Position numbers and translations under genes: made by a program. A stretch of DNA of 46,643 nucleotides from Candidatus Iainarchaeum sp. (GTDB taxonomy: Archaea; Iainarchaeota; Iainarchaeia; Iainarchaeales; JAGVWC01), in contig JAGVWC010000004.1 of NCBI GenBank assembly GCA_018304465.1, positions 1 to 46,643 on the forward strand, given 5' to 3'. Below are positions 32,992 to 43,161 of this stretch, one piece after another (the first letter of the stretch is position 1; every line of letters starts with the position of its first letter). A model generated the notes under the pieces. That model did no database searches and had not been told where the DNA came from. It was given only the letters and a program-made list of their open reading frames with translations.

Positions 32992-34101
32992 TTAACCGCG
33001 CACGTCGCGAAAAGCTTGCCAAGCGGGTTTTTCGTTTCCGTCACTGGTTCGAAGCCCCATGGATTTGAAAAAATCGGCGTATCCTTCCCCGCTCCAATCG
33101 TGCAAAAACCACCAGATCCACACCTGCAGGTTCAGATCCTGGGTCAACACCGGCAAGCGCTTAATGAACTCTGCTTGGTTTTGTTCGGATCCGTGAAAAC
33201 CGGGTTCTCCTGCCGAAGGCCAACCGGATTCCGCGATGATCACTGGCTTTTGCGTATGCGACCCCAATTGGCGGTAATAATCCTCGGGGATTTTTCCCGG
33301 GGATTCGAAAAAAGGACTGGGATACGTGGTGATCGCCACCACATCCACGCTGGGCTCGATTTGTTCAAGCAAATCCCACTGCGACGATCCGTTTACTTTT
33401 CCCGTCAACTCTTCGAATTGAAACGTCGTTGTAACGATGGTGTCGGGGGACTCGTACTTGACTTCAGCAATGATTTCCTTAATCGCGGAAATCAAAAACA
33501 AGGCGTCTTCCGGGTGTTTTCGCATATACGTATTGATTTCGGATCCGATTCCCAAATATTTTGGTTTGTAATCGCGTACGATTCGCATCGTGTAATTCCG
33601 AAACGCCGCGCGAACCGCCGAATCCTGAAACTTGAACCCGATGGGAGCCACGTTCGGATCGATTTCCAATCGGTCGCTTCGAAGCGGATCAACCACGATC
33701 AATACGTTCAATTGGTTTTGTTTGGCCATCAACGCCACAAAATTCGTCTGCTCCAGATTCGGGGTTTTGTCCGCGGAACGCGGCGCATTCGCGTTTTCAG
33801 AAAATTTATTCCAATCGATGGCGGAATGATGCAACACCACGTCGGCGTTTCTTCCAAGCAAACGAAACGTGTCCATCCAACCCGCTTCGGTAATCGGTTG
33901 CGGCGGAATCGGAACGAATCCTTGTTCAAAAGAACGCGTGACTGGCGGCGAAAGAGGCGTGTTTTCATCCGGCGGAAAAACCGGGTTGTTTTGATCCGTG
34001 TTCTGATCCGGGATCTCGGGCGAAGCATCGGGCGCAGCGCAGCCCATCAACACCAACAAACACAAAAATCCGATTCCAACAAACGTCCAGCCATAATTCA
34101 T
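32992..34101 (-). CDS. Lipoprotein, clan GH-A glycoside hydrolase-like (GH53/GH39-like TIM barrel)
   Basis: Start MNYGW at 34101 and lipobox VLMGC. IGSEIN (putative acid/base) and IIAESGWPS (putative nucleophile); MGL...G.EKPAW at the C-terminus. Confidence 0.75.
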   Translation of the reverse strand: MNYGWTFVGIGFLCLLVLMGCAAPDASPEIPDQNTDQNNPVFPPDENTPLSPPVTRSFEQGFVPIPPQPITEAGWMDTFRLLGRNADVVLHHSAIDWNKFSENANAPRSADKTPNLEQTNFVALMAKQNQLNVLIVVDPLRSDRLEIDPNVAPIGFKFQDSAVRAAFRNYTMRIVRDYKPKYLGIGSEINTYMRKHPEDALFLISAIKEIIAEVKYESPDTIVTTTFQFEELTGKVNGSSQWDLLEQIEPSVDVVAITTYPSPFFESPGKIPEDYYRQLGSHTQKPVIIAESGWPSAGEPGFHGSEQNQAEFIKRLPVLTQDLNLQVWIWWFLHDWSGEGYADFFKSMGLRTSDGNEKPAWQAFRDVRG

Positions 34102-34256
34102 GAATTTATATACGTGAAGAAAATTTTTAAAAGAAACTATCCGCTTTTTCATCGTTTGAATTAAAAACTCTTCTCCCTTTCATCTAATCGGATTCGTTTT
34201 TATACGGTTTTTTTCGTGAAAAATCGTTCTTTTGATTTAATTTGGAGGAAAAATAC

Positions 34257-36887
34257 ATGACCACAAAATATGTCCACTTGTTTACGGAAGGAAACAAGGA
34301 CCAAAAAGACCTGCTCGGCGGAAAAGGCGCCAACCTGGCGGAAATGACCAACGCCGGATTGCCGGTTCCACCCGGTTTTACGATTTCAACCGACGCGTGC
34401 CGTCACTATTATAAAAACGGCGAAAAAGTTCCCGTCGAACTGGACAAACAAATGATGGACGCCTTAAAAAACGTTGAAAAACAAACCGGAAAAGAATTCG
34501 GCGGCGAAAACCCGTTATTGGTTTCGGTTCGGTCCGGCGCCAAATTTTCGATGCCCGGAATGATGGACACGGTGTTAAACCTCGGATTAAACGACACCAC
34601 GGTTTTGGCATTGGAAAAGAAAAGCAAAAATCCGCGTTTTGCGTGGGATTCCTACCGACGATTCATCCAGATGTTCTCGGATGTCGTGCTTGAAATTCAC
34701 GTGAATCATTTCGAAGAACTGCTTCACAACATGAAAGAAAAACACAAATACAAAACCGACCTGGATCTAACCGCAAACGATCTTAAAGAACTGGTCATGC
34801 AGTACAAAGCCCTCGTTCGAAAAAACCTGGGAAAAGATTTTCCAAGCGATCCTGTCGAACAGTTGCGCATGTCGCGTGACGCCGTGTTCAAAAGCTGGAA
34901 CTCGGACCGCGCTATCATTTACCGCCGTCTTCACGATATTCCCCATGATTTGGGAACCGCCGTCAACATCCAATCCATGGTGTTCGGAAACCTCGGAGAC
35001 GACTCGGGAACCGGCGTGGCGTTCACGCGCGATCCCGCCAACGGAGACAACGTTTTTTACGGGGAATTCCTCGTCAACGCCCAAGGTGAAGACGTGGTCG
35101 CCGGAATCCGCACTCCCCAACCGATTATCGAAATGAAAAAAGTGTTCCCGCCGATGTACGACGAACTGGTCGCGGTTCGGAAAAAACTCGAACACCACTA
35201 TCACGACATGCAGGATTTCGAATTCACGATCGAACAAGGAACCCTGTACATGCTCCAGACCCGAAACGGAAAACGAACTGCAAAAGCCGCGGTTAAAATC
35301 GCGGTGGACATGGAACACGAAGGACTCGTTTCTCAAGAACAAGCGCTTTTGATGGTCGATCCCAACGCGTTGAACCAATTATTGCACAAGACCTTTGATC
35401 CAAAACACAAATACAACGCGCTTACCAAAGGACTTGCCGCATCTCCCGGGGCCGCGGTCGGAAAAGTCGTTTTTAACGCCGAAACCGCCAAACTCTGGGC
35501 CGAAGGAGGCCACAAAGTCATTTTGGTTCGCATTGAAACCTCGCCGGAAGATATTCAGGGAATGGTTTCCTCGCAAGGAATCCTGACCACGCGCGGCGGA
35601 ACTACCTCGCACGCGGCGGTTGTTGCCCGAGGAATGGGAAAATGCTGTGTTGCCGGCGCCGGAGACATTCGCGTTAATGAAAAAGAAAAATTCTTCGAAG
35701 TATCCAACCAAGTCATCAAAGAAGGCGACCTGATTTCGTTGAACGGAACCACGGGCGAAGTCATTATGGGCGCTGTTCCAACGGTTGATCCCGCCATTTC
35801 AGGCGAATTCAAAACTTTGATGGAATGGGCTGACAAAACCCGGCGACTCGAAGTCCGAACCAACGCCGACACCCCCAAAGACGCGCAAATCGCGCTTAAT
35901 TTCGGAGCCCAAGGAATCGGATTGTGCCGAACCGAACACATGTTCTTTGAAGGCGACCGAATCACGGCCATGCGCGAAATGATCCTGGCCGACTCCACAG
36001 AAGGACGCAAAAAAGCGCTGTCTAAACTCTTGCCGTACCAACGCGAAGACTTTTTCGGTTTGTTCAAAGTCATGACCGGAAAACCCGTCATCGTACGGTT
36101 TTTGGACCCGCCGTTGCACGAATTCCTGCCCAAAACCGACAAGGAAATCGAAGAACTCTCGGAACAAATCAACGTTTCCGTCAAAAAAATCAAGGAAACC
36201 ATCGAAGACTTGCACGAATTCAATCCCATGCTTGGCTTTCGCGGCTGCCGACTCGGCGTCGTTTACCCGGAGATTTCTTCGATGCAAGCCCAAGCGATTT
36301 TCGAAGCCGCGATTGAAGCCAAAAACAAAGGATTCACGCCAGTGCCCGAAATCGAAGTGCCTAACGTGATTTCCGTGAACGAATTCAAGCTGATCAAAAA
36401 CCTGATCCTCGAACAAGCCAAAGCCACCGGTGCCGAAGGAAAAATCAAATACAAAATCGGAACCATGATCGAATTCCCGCGCGCCGCGTTCATCGCCGAC
36501 GATTTGGCCCACGAAGCCGAATTCATGAGCTTTGGAACCAACGACTTGACGCAAACCACGCTCGGATTCTCGCGCGACGACGTCGCCAAATTCATCGGAG
36601 TCTACATTGACAAAGGCATTTTCGATCGCGACCCCTTTCAAGCCATCGACCAACACGGCGTCGGACGCGTCATGCAAATGGCCGTCGAAAAAGCCCGTTC
36701 CGTCAAAAGCGACTTGGACATCGGAATCTGCGGAGAACACGGCGGAGAACCATCATCGGTTGAATTCTGTCACCGCATCGGATTATCCAATGTCAGCTGT
36801 TCGCCGTACCGCGTGCCCATCGCACGACTCGCCGCGGCCCAAGCCGTCATTCGGGAAAAACAAGCTTTCTCCAAATCCAAAAAATAA
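34257..36887 (+). CDS. ppdK: Pyruvate, phosphate dikinase
   Basis: GGAGG RBS. LLGGKGANLAEM, SVRSGA..SMPGMMDT, GGTTSHAAVVARG, GLCRTEHM and SFGTNDLTQ. Confidence 0.98.
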   Translation: MTTKYVHLFTEGNKDQKDLLGGKGANLAEMTNAGLPVPPGFTISTDACRHYYKNGEKVPVELDKQMMDALKNVEKQTGKEFGGENPLLVSVRSGAKFSMPGMMDTVLNLGLNDTTVLALEKKSKNPRFAWDSYRRFIQMFSDVVLEIHVNHFEELLHNMKEKHKYKTDLDLTANDLKELVMQYKALVRKNLGKDFPSDPVEQLRMSRDAVFKSWNSDRAIIYRRLHDIPHDLGTAVNIQSMVFGNLGDDSGTGVAFTRDPANGDNVFYGEFLVNAQGEDVVAGIRTPQPIIEMKKVFPPMYDELVAVRKKLEHHYHDMQDFEFTIEQGTLYMLQTRNGKRTAKAAVKIAVDMEHEGLVSQEQALLMVDPNALNQLLHKTFDPKHKYNALTKGLAASPGAAVGKVVFNAETAKLWAEGGHKVILVRIETSPEDIQGMVSSQGILTTRGGTTSHAAVVARGMGKCCVAGAGDIRVNEKEKFFEVSNQVIKEGDLISLNGTTGEVIMGAVPTVDPAISGEFKTLMEWADKTRRLEVRTNADTPKDAQIALNFGAQGIGLCRTEHMFFEGDRITAMREMILADSTEGRKKALSKLLPYQREDFFGLFKVMTGKPVIVRFLDPPLHEFLPKTDKEIEELSEQINVSVKKIKETIEDLHEFNPMLGFRGCRLGVVYPEISSMQAQAIFEAAIEAKNKGFTPVPEIEVPNVISVNEFKLIKNLILEQAKATGAEGKIKYKIGTMIEFPRAAFIADDLAHEAEFMSFGTNDLTQTTLGFSRDDVAKFIGVYIDKGIFDRDPFQAIDQHGVGRVMQMAVEKARSVKSDLDIGICGEHGGEPSSVEFCHRIGLSNVSCSPYRVPIARLAAAQAVIREKQAFSKSKK

Positions 36888-36895
36888 ACCAGTCC

Positions 36896-36940
36896 AAAGA
36901 GCGGGGAAAGCCCCCTTTCCCCCTCTTTTTCTTTTCTTTT
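36896..36940 (+). terminator. Stem-loop + T-tract terminator after ppdK
   Basis: AAAGAG(C)GGGGAAAG-CCCC-CTTTCCCC(C)TCTTT followed by TTCTTTTCTTTT. Confidence 0.7.
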
Positions 36941-37009
36941 CCAAGCATCAAACCTTTCAATGAACCCGTTTCCCCACAGCTTAAATACTAGATTTCTCTT
37001 TCTTTTGCT

Positions 37010-37552
37010 ATGGGCTTTTTTGACAAGGACTTTTTCGAAATACTTTCCGCAGAAACCGTTTCGCTTTTCGGCGGACTCGTAGTCGGAACCATTCTTCTGA
37101 TTTACACTGGCGAATTCCTGTTGATTCCGGGAATGCTGATCCTACTGCCGGGTTTTTTTGAATTACGCGGAAACATCAGCGGTTCGTTTGCAGCGCGATT
37201 AAGCTCCGGTCTATTCCTAGGCGTAATCGATCCATATCATCCCGGCAAACGCATCATTGGGCAAAATCTCTTGGCGTCGTTTCTGCTCGCGATCGTGGTT
37301 TCGCTTGCGCTGGGCCTCATCGCGTTTCTCTTCATCTACTTCGCTTTTTCAACGGTGTACCCGCGTATCCTCCTCATTTCCGTGATTGCGGGAGTGATCG
37401 CCAACGCGATCGAAATCCCCCTTACCCTGTACGCGACCTTTATTTTGTTTCGCAAGGGCCATGACCCCAATAACATCATGGGGCCGTTTGTCAGCGTCAG
37501 CGGAGACGTCATCAGTCTCTTCGCATTGATCATCGCGGTGCTCGTGGTATGA
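37010..37552 (+). CDS. MgtE/SLC41 integral membrane domain protein (half 1)
   Basis: Five TM segments, LRGNISGSFAARLS and DPNNIMGPFVSVSGD. Confidence 0.88.
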   Translation: MGFFDKDFFEILSAETVSLFGGLVVGTILLIYTGEFLLIPGMLILLPGFFELRGNISGSFAARLSSGLFLGVIDPYHPGKRIIGQNLLASFLLAIVVSLALGLIAFLFIYFAFSTVYPRILLISVIAGVIANAIEIPLTLYATFILFRKGHDPNNIMGPFVSVSGDVISLFALIIAVLVV

Positions 37553-38244
37553 AGACAATTCGGGAACATCTGGAAGAACTGCGCCAAATCAAGCGAAAAG
37601 AACATCACCCGCTCGTACACGAGATTCATGTGCAGCACCGCATTTCCAAGAAAACCCTCTTTTACGTCAAGGAATACGGTCCGCATTCGCACATCGCGCA
37701 CACGATCATCAAGGAAAGCTGGAAAATCCTCTTGTTCGCATCGGTCTTAAGTTCATTCGGCGGGTTTGCCTTGGAACAAATCAAGGAAATATTCATTTCC
37801 ATCAGCCCCCTCATTATTCTGTTGCCTGCCTTAAACGGCCTCATCGGAGACCTTGGAACCATTATTTCATCCAACTTTTCCACGTTTCTTCACGAAGGCA
37901 AAATCGGTCCGCACTGGTGGAAAAACCCCGAATTAAGAAAGCTATTCGGACAACTCTTCGTGATCGCTGTTCTATTTGCGGGCGCCGGAAGTCTGTTGGC
38001 CATCGTCGTTTCGCAATTCGTCGGAAACGCTTTTGACACCGCGCACGCCTACAAAATATTCCTCATCGCATTCATCGACGTGGTCATGCTGGTCGTGCTT
38101 TTGTCGTTGGTCGCAATCCTGGCGGGGCTGTATTTTTACCACAAAGGCGAAGACCCCAACAACTTTTTAATTCCCATCACCACTTCGGTTGCCGACTTTG
38201 GGAACATGCTGCTTCTCGTCGGGCTTGTCATCCTGTTTTTTTAA
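37549..38244 (+). CDS. MgtE/SLC41 integral membrane domain protein (half 2) with a His-rich N-terminus
   Basis: ATGA overlap. LPALNGLIGDLG and DPNNFLIPITTSVAD; N-terminus EHHPLVHEIHVQH. Confidence 0.88.
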   Translation: MKTIREHLEELRQIKRKEHHPLVHEIHVQHRISKKTLFYVKEYGPHSHIAHTIIKESWKILLFASVLSSFGGFALEQIKEIFISISPLIILLPALNGLIGDLGTIISSNFSTFLHEGKIGPHWWKNPELRKLFGQLFVIAVLFAGAGSLLAIVVSQFVGNAFDTAHAYKIFLIAFIDVVMLVVLLSLVAILAGLYFYHKGEDPNNFLIPITTSVADFGNMLLLVGLVILFF

Positions 38245-38294
38245 ACCACCCTATTTAAAATTTATAACCTGATTATAATACGGGGGGTGTTGGT

Positions 38295-38711
38295 TTGCCA
38301 CGGAAAAAAACAGGTAAAAAAACCGCCGGGACCCGGTCCCGAAAAACCAGAAAAAAAACAAGTTTGAAACAAAAAATCAGCAACAGACTCCAAAAAATTA
38401 ACACGCGCGCTGTTGTTCGGGGAATTAAAGCATCGATTCCAAAACTAAAAAGGAAAGTCGCAGCCGTTTCAAAAAAAGCCGCGCTGGCTGTCAAGCGACT
38501 TCCTCAGACTGCAAAAAAACTAAAAAACAAATCCGTTCGAACCGTTCGAAAAGCAGGTGATCTGGGGACGCGTATCAAACACGTGGGCGAATCCGTTGAA
38601 ATCGGCGCCGCGCGCGTCGAAGGCGCGATCGAAGAAGTATCCGAAAGCATCGCGGACATCAAAGACAGCGCGACCCGAAAAACGAACCGTTCGACCCGAA
38701 AAAATACCTGA
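38295..38711 (+). CDS. Lys-rich basic hypothetical protein
   Basis: TTG start after a G-rich RBS, MPRKKTGKK..., and an amphipathic C-terminal helix. TATTTAAA at ~38252. Confidence 0.65.
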   Translation: MPRKKTGKKTAGTRSRKTRKKTSLKQKISNRLQKINTRAVVRGIKASIPKLKRKVAAVSKKAALAVKRLPQTAKKLKNKSVRTVRKAGDLGTRIKHVGESVEIGAARVEGAIEEVSESIADIKDSATRKTNRSTRKNT

Positions 38712-38767
38712 CGAACTTTGGCCGAAAGAAAAAAAGGTCCTAACGGACCCCGTTTTTTCCGACGGTT

Positions 38768-40033
38768 TTAGACGTAAAACGGATAACCCGCGCAGAATTC
38801 CTTGACATCCGACCTGATGCGGGACAACGCCGCGTCATCATTTGGCTTGTCAAGCGCCTCAAGAATAAACCGGCCGACTTCTTTCATTTCGCTTTCTTGC
38901 ATGCCACGCGTGGTCAGCACCGGGGTTCCGATCCGGATTCCGCTTGGATCCCATGGTTTTCGCTCGTCAAACGGAATCGTGTTCTTATTGCAGTAAATTC
39001 CCGCCTTGTCCAGCGTGGTTTCCGCTTGTTTTCCCGCCAAATTTTTGCTCTTGATGGTGTTTACCAACAACAAGTGATTGTCGGTTCCGCCGCTGGCCAG
39101 CGTGCATCCGCCCGCCAAGAGTTCGTCCGCCAATGCTTTGGCGTTTTTGACGATTTGCTTTGCGTACTCCGCAAACGCGGGTTCCATCGCTTCCTTGAAA
39201 CAAACGGCTTTTCCCGCGATGATGTGTTCGTGCGGTCCGCCTTGCAACCCCGGAAAAACCGCCTTGTCAATTTTTTCTTTCCACTCTTCTTTGCACAAGA
39301 TCATGCCGCTGCGGGGACCGCGAAGCGTCTTGTGCGTTGTCGTGGTCACGATGTCAAAAAATGGCACTGGATTCTCGTGTACTCCGGTCACGCACAACCC
39401 CGCGATATGCGCGATGTCCGCCATGCAAACCGCGCCTACCTCGTCGCAGATTTTTCGGAATTCCTTAAAATCAATCGAACGCGGATACGCCGTGTAACCC
39501 GAAAGAATCAGTTTTGGTTTTTCCTGTATCGCCAGTTTCCGGATCGCGTCATAATCCAGCATTTCGGTTTCGCGATCCAGTCCATACTGGACGTTGTGAA
39601 ACCATTTTCCCGAAAAATTAACCGGGTGGCCATGCGACAAATGCCCGCCTTCGGTCAGCTTCATTCCCAAAAACGTGTCGCCGTGCTCCATGGTCGCGTA
39701 ATACGCGGCCATGTTGGCGGGAGAACCCGACAACGGCTGTACATTGGCGTGCTGGGCGCCAAACAATTTTTTGGCACGGTCAATCGCCAGATTTTCCACG
39801 ACATCCGTGAATTCGTTTCCGCCGTAATACCTTTTTCCGGGATATCCTTCCGAGTACTTGTTGTTTAAAATGCTGCCCATGGCTTCAAGAACGGCCTGCG
39901 AAACCAGGTTTTCGCTTGGAATCAGTTCGATTCCGTCCATCTGCCGTTTTTTCTCGTGTTCAATCGCGTTGAACAAATCCGGATCGTACTGTTTGATCGC
40001 ATCCAAATGCATTTGGTACTTGGGTCCCGTCAT
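38768..40033 (-). CDS. glyA: Serine hydroxymethyltransferase (bacterial-type, THF-dependent)
   Basis: ELIPSEN, NKYSEGYPGKRYYGG, GGHLSHG, TTTTHKTLRGPR and FPGLQGGP. Confidence 0.98.
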   Translation of the reverse strand: MTGPKYQMHLDAIKQYDPDLFNAIEHEKKRQMDGIELIPSENLVSQAVLEAMGSILNNKYSEGYPGKRYYGGNEFTDVVENLAIDRAKKLFGAQHANVQPLSGSPANMAAYYATMEHGDTFLGMKLTEGGHLSHGHPVNFSGKWFHNVQYGLDRETEMLDYDAIRKLAIQEKPKLILSGYTAYPRSIDFKEFRKICDEVGAVCMADIAHIAGLCVTGVHENPVPFFDIVTTTTHKTLRGPRSGMILCKEEWKEKIDKAVFPGLQGGPHEHIIAGKAVCFKEAMEPAFAEYAKQIVKNAKALADELLAGGCTLASGGTDNHLLLVNTIKSKNLAGKQAETTLDKAGIYCNKNTIPFDERKPWDPSGIRIGTPVLTTRGMQESEMKEVGRFILEALDKPNDDAALSRIRSDVKEFCAGYPFYV

Positions 40034-40081
40034 GATTCCACCGCAGAAACAAACGCGAAAATCATTAAAAAACAGGCGTTC

Positions 40082-40555
40082 TTAGGGAGTCCGGTGCCGC
40101 CGCGAAACCTTCAGCTCCTGAAGAAAAAAACGCGCGTCCGCGATTTTGGCGTTGATCCGGCGCATTTCTTCAACCAAATCATTAAAACGAACCATTTCCC
40201 GGTCGCGTTCAACGGATGATAGACGCGGGTTCGAAAGCCGGTCCCGAATCTTTTTCGCTTTTTGCATTTCGCGTTCAAGCCGAGGAACGTTTTCCTCAAG
40301 CGACTCCACTGCAAAAAAAAACTCGTCGATTTTTTTGAGGTCTCCCCAATCCTTCTTTTCGTTTGCCAGTTTTTGAGCCACGCCTTCAAGGGTTCCGAAA
40401 TCTTTTTTTGCTCTCGAAAAAGCGGATCGCTCCGCGGCATAATCGATCACGCGAGGAGAATACACTGGCGCGCATCCCGCAGCCAAAAGACCCGCGCTCA
40501 TCAATGCTTTGGCAAGGCGTAACCGGGGCTTTGGCTTTTTCACGCGTGGTTTCAT
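40082..40555 (-). CDS. Orphan lipoprotein-like coiled-coil protein with a basic leader
   Basis: MKPRVKKPKPRLRL... followed by lipobox LAAGC. Confidence 0.7.
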   Translation of the reverse strand: MKPRVKKPKPRLRLAKALMSAGLLAAGCAPVYSPRVIDYAAERSAFSRAKKDFGTLEGVAQKLANEKKDWGDLKKIDEFFFAVESLEENVPRLEREMQKAKKIRDRLSNPRLSSVERDREMVRFNDLVEEMRRINAKIADARFFLQELKVSRRHRTP

Positions 40556-40584
40556 ATGTGGTCAATCATTGTCTTTTTGAAAAT

Positions 40585-41208
40585 TTAATCCTTTCGAAGC
40601 CACGCGGAACCGGCATACACCAAGGGGGTTCCAACGACCGCATATCCGACTTTTAGCAGCCACCACGGAATAATGAGTCCGATAACGAACAGCACGTCGT
40701 GTTTTGGGCTCACGCCGTAAAACGCGACCATCATGAAAATCGTGGTGTCAATGAATTCCGAAATCAGGGTGGAAACATTGGTTCGAAGCCAAAGCATTTT
40801 TCCTTTCGTCAATTCTTTGACGATGCGAAACACGTGAATGTCCACCAGTTCCGCGGTCAAGAACGCCAAAATGCTTGCCACCATGATGCGAAGACTCACT
40901 CCGAAAATCTTCCCGTATTCCACCGGAAAAAAATCCCGCGGCGCCGACGGCAACGCCACGGCAATCGCGGTCATGACCAAAATAAACACCATGGCGACCA
41001 AGGTTCCAAACACGATTCGTTTCGCTTTTTCTTTTCCTTCGACTTCCTGAACGATGTCAAGTGCCAGCATGCTTACCGGAAACACGAGCAAACCGACGCT
41101 GGCATAAAACAAACTGAAATCCGCGATTTTTCCGCCCATCAGGTTGGAGGCCACCACGCCCGCGACAAACAACGCCGAAAGAATTGAAAGCTTGGTTTCC
41201 TTGTTCAT
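40585..41208 (-). CDS. Queuosine/archaeosine precursor (preQ0/preQ1) transporter, YhhQ/VUT family
   Basis: Start MNKETK (ATGA overlap with the folC stop). SNLMGGK, DIVQEVEG, R...ASILAFL and LWLRTNVSTLISEFIDT. Confidence 0.88.
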   Translation of the reverse strand: MNKETKLSILSALFVAGVVASNLMGGKIADFSLFYASVGLLVFPVSMLALDIVQEVEGKEKAKRIVFGTLVAMVFILVMTAIAVALPSAPRDFFPVEYGKIFGVSLRIMVASILAFLTAELVDIHVFRIVKELTKGKMLWLRTNVSTLISEFIDTTIFMMVAFYGVSPKHDVLFVIGLIIPWWLLKVGYAVVGTPLVYAGSAWLRKD

Positions 41209-42509
41209 TTTTTTCCCTTCTTGGGTTTGGGCCATTTCAGTTCAAGGGCTTCGCCCACTACGAAAATACTTCCGCACACGCACACCACTTCCGTCGGACG
41301 GCAGTTTTTAATCGCTTCTTTGACCGCGTCTTTGACCGCGGGAATTTCCTTGATTTTAAACGCCGGTAAAAATTCTTTTCCCACCGCGAAAAGATCGCTT
41401 GTAGGGGTTTTTCGAAAACGCGCCTCGCAAAAAAAAGCATTCTGGGCCAGTGGAAGCAACGATGAAAGCATCTGGTTTGCGGCCTTGTCCGAACTGACGC
41501 CGATCACAAACGAAAACTTCTGGTTTGGAAAACGCTGTTTTAACGCGGCGGAAAACACCCGGGCGCCATCGGGATTATGACAGCAATCCGCGACCACAAT
41601 CGGGTTCTGGGAAAGCACCTGAAAACGCGCCGGCCAAACGGTTTTTTTCAAGGCTTTTCGCACCGCGTTTTCCTGCAATCGGATTCGTTTGTTTTGCTTT
41701 AACACCGCGGCAATCGCCAACGCCAAAGACGCGTTTTCCAATTGATGATCCCCAAAAAGCGATAACTGCAGGTTTTTCCAGTCTATTCCAAGGCCTTTGA
41801 AGTCCATGGTTTCAAGCCCGTCCAGAAACGGTTTTTTCGTGGCGGAAAAATCTTTTCCGAGAAAAAACGCTTGCGCTTCTTTTGCGCTCGCCAGGTCGGC
41901 GAACACGGTTCGCAATTCCGGATTGGCGACGCACGAAACCAGCGGAGCGTTGTTTTTGATGATTCCCGCTTTTTCCAACGCGATTTGCCGGATCGATTGG
42001 CCCAGGTATTGCTGGTGATCCAGTCCGATGTTCGTGATCGCGTTGGCCACGGTGGGCACCGCGTTCGTGGCGTCCAGGCGCCCGCCCATTCCCACTTCAA
42101 GCACTCCGAACTCGACTTTTTTCTGGGCAAAAAAACCCAGCGCCATCAACGTCAAAAACTCGAAATGCGTGGCCGATAACCGCTCGGTTTCCAGCACGCT
42201 TCTGGTTTTCGTTGCAAGCTCCGCGAATTCTTTGTCCGAAATCGTTTTTCCGTTCACTTGAATGCGCTCGTTGTATTTGACCAGATGCGGAGACGAATAA
42301 AAACCGGTTTTGTGCTTGTTTTCAATCAAAATCCGGTTCAAAAACGCGCACGTGCTTCCTTTTCCGTTTGTTCCGGCCACCAAAATATTCGAATATTTTT
42401 TCTCCGGGTTTCCAAACGCCGTCAAAGCGATTTCCATGTTCTGCAGACCCAGTTTGATGCCATGCGCTTCCAGCGACGACAAGTACTCCAACGATTCCTC
42501 GTAATTCAT
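41205..42509 (-). CDS. folC: Folylpolyglutamate synthase/dihydrofolate synthase
   Basis: VAGTNGKGST, SSPHL...ERI, EVGMGGRLDATN, IGLDH, EKAGI and GSIFVVG. Confidence 0.95.
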   Translation of the reverse strand: MNYEESLEYLSSLEAHGIKLGLQNMEIALTAFGNPEKKYSNILVAGTNGKGSTCAFLNRILIENKHKTGFYSSPHLVKYNERIQVNGKTISDKEFAELATKTRSVLETERLSATHFEFLTLMALGFFAQKKVEFGVLEVGMGGRLDATNAVPTVANAITNIGLDHQQYLGQSIRQIALEKAGIIKNNAPLVSCVANPELRTVFADLASAKEAQAFFLGKDFSATKKPFLDGLETMDFKGLGIDWKNLQLSLFGDHQLENASLALAIAAVLKQNKRIRLQENAVRKALKKTVWPARFQVLSQNPIVVADCCHNPDGARVFSAALKQRFPNQKFSFVIGVSSDKAANQMLSSLLPLAQNAFFCEARFRKTPTSDLFAVGKEFLPAFKIKEIPAVKDAVKEAIKNCRPTEVVCVCGSIFVVGEALELKWPKPKKGKK

Positions 42510-43060
42510 CCCGATCCGCTTCCGATTTTTTTTCCCAATTCAAAACACGACAACAGCTTTCCTTCGCTAATCGTTGTTTTTTCATCCGCGCTCGCGCGAA
42601 TTTTTCCGATCACGGTTAAATGCATTTTGGAAAAAAACAATTCCAAATACTGTTCGGCTTCGCGGTTCTTGTTTTCCGTTTGTCCGCCGCACGTCAAGAT
42701 CACGGCTTTTTTTTCAAAGCACAGGCGTTTGAATTCTTCGTCTCCCCAGTACACTTCAAATCGATCAATGAAATTTTTGAGCAGGCCCGAAATATTCCAC
42801 CAGTAAACCGGCGAGGCAAACACCCACACGTCCGCTTTTTCCAGCAACGAATAAATTCCCTGCATGTCATCGTTTAGATGACACTTGTGGGTTTCGTTGC
42901 ATCCTTCACACCCGTCACACCCCGAAAAAATGACTTCCCGAAGCTTGATCAACGTGCTTTTTCCGCCGGTTTCAATCGCGCCGCGATGAAACTCGGAAAT
43001 CATGGCGTCGGTATTTCCGCCTTCACGGGGAGAACCGGAAACGCATAAAATCGAGGTCAT
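42506..43060 (-). CDS. Iron-sulfur flavoprotein / NADPH-dependent FMN reductase family
   Basis: Start MTSILC at 43060. GSPREGGNT, CDGCEGC....C...DDM and ASPVYW. Confidence 0.9.
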   Translation of the reverse strand: MTSILCVSGSPREGGNTDAMISEFHRGAIETGGKSTLIKLREVIFSGCDGCEGCNETHKCHLNDDMQGIYSLLEKADVWVFASPVYWWNISGLLKNFIDRFEVYWGDEEFKRLCFEKKAVILTCGGQTENKNREAEQYLELFFSKMHLTVIGKIRASADEKTTISEGKLLSCFELGKKIGSGSG

Positions 43061-43161
43061 TTTTAGAACCAATCCCCAGAGAATTTTTAAACCAAAACGA
43101 ATCCGTTTTCTTTTCCGGGATGGATTTTTAACCCTTTTTTTCCACCAAATCTTGGTTGGAT

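Noticed and set aside
33016-34164. Long plus-strand ORF (382 aa); similar ORFs at 38897..39868, 35799..36740, 5091..5819 and 29744..30511
   Set aside because: These are antisense shadows of well-supported genes and have no motifs of their own.
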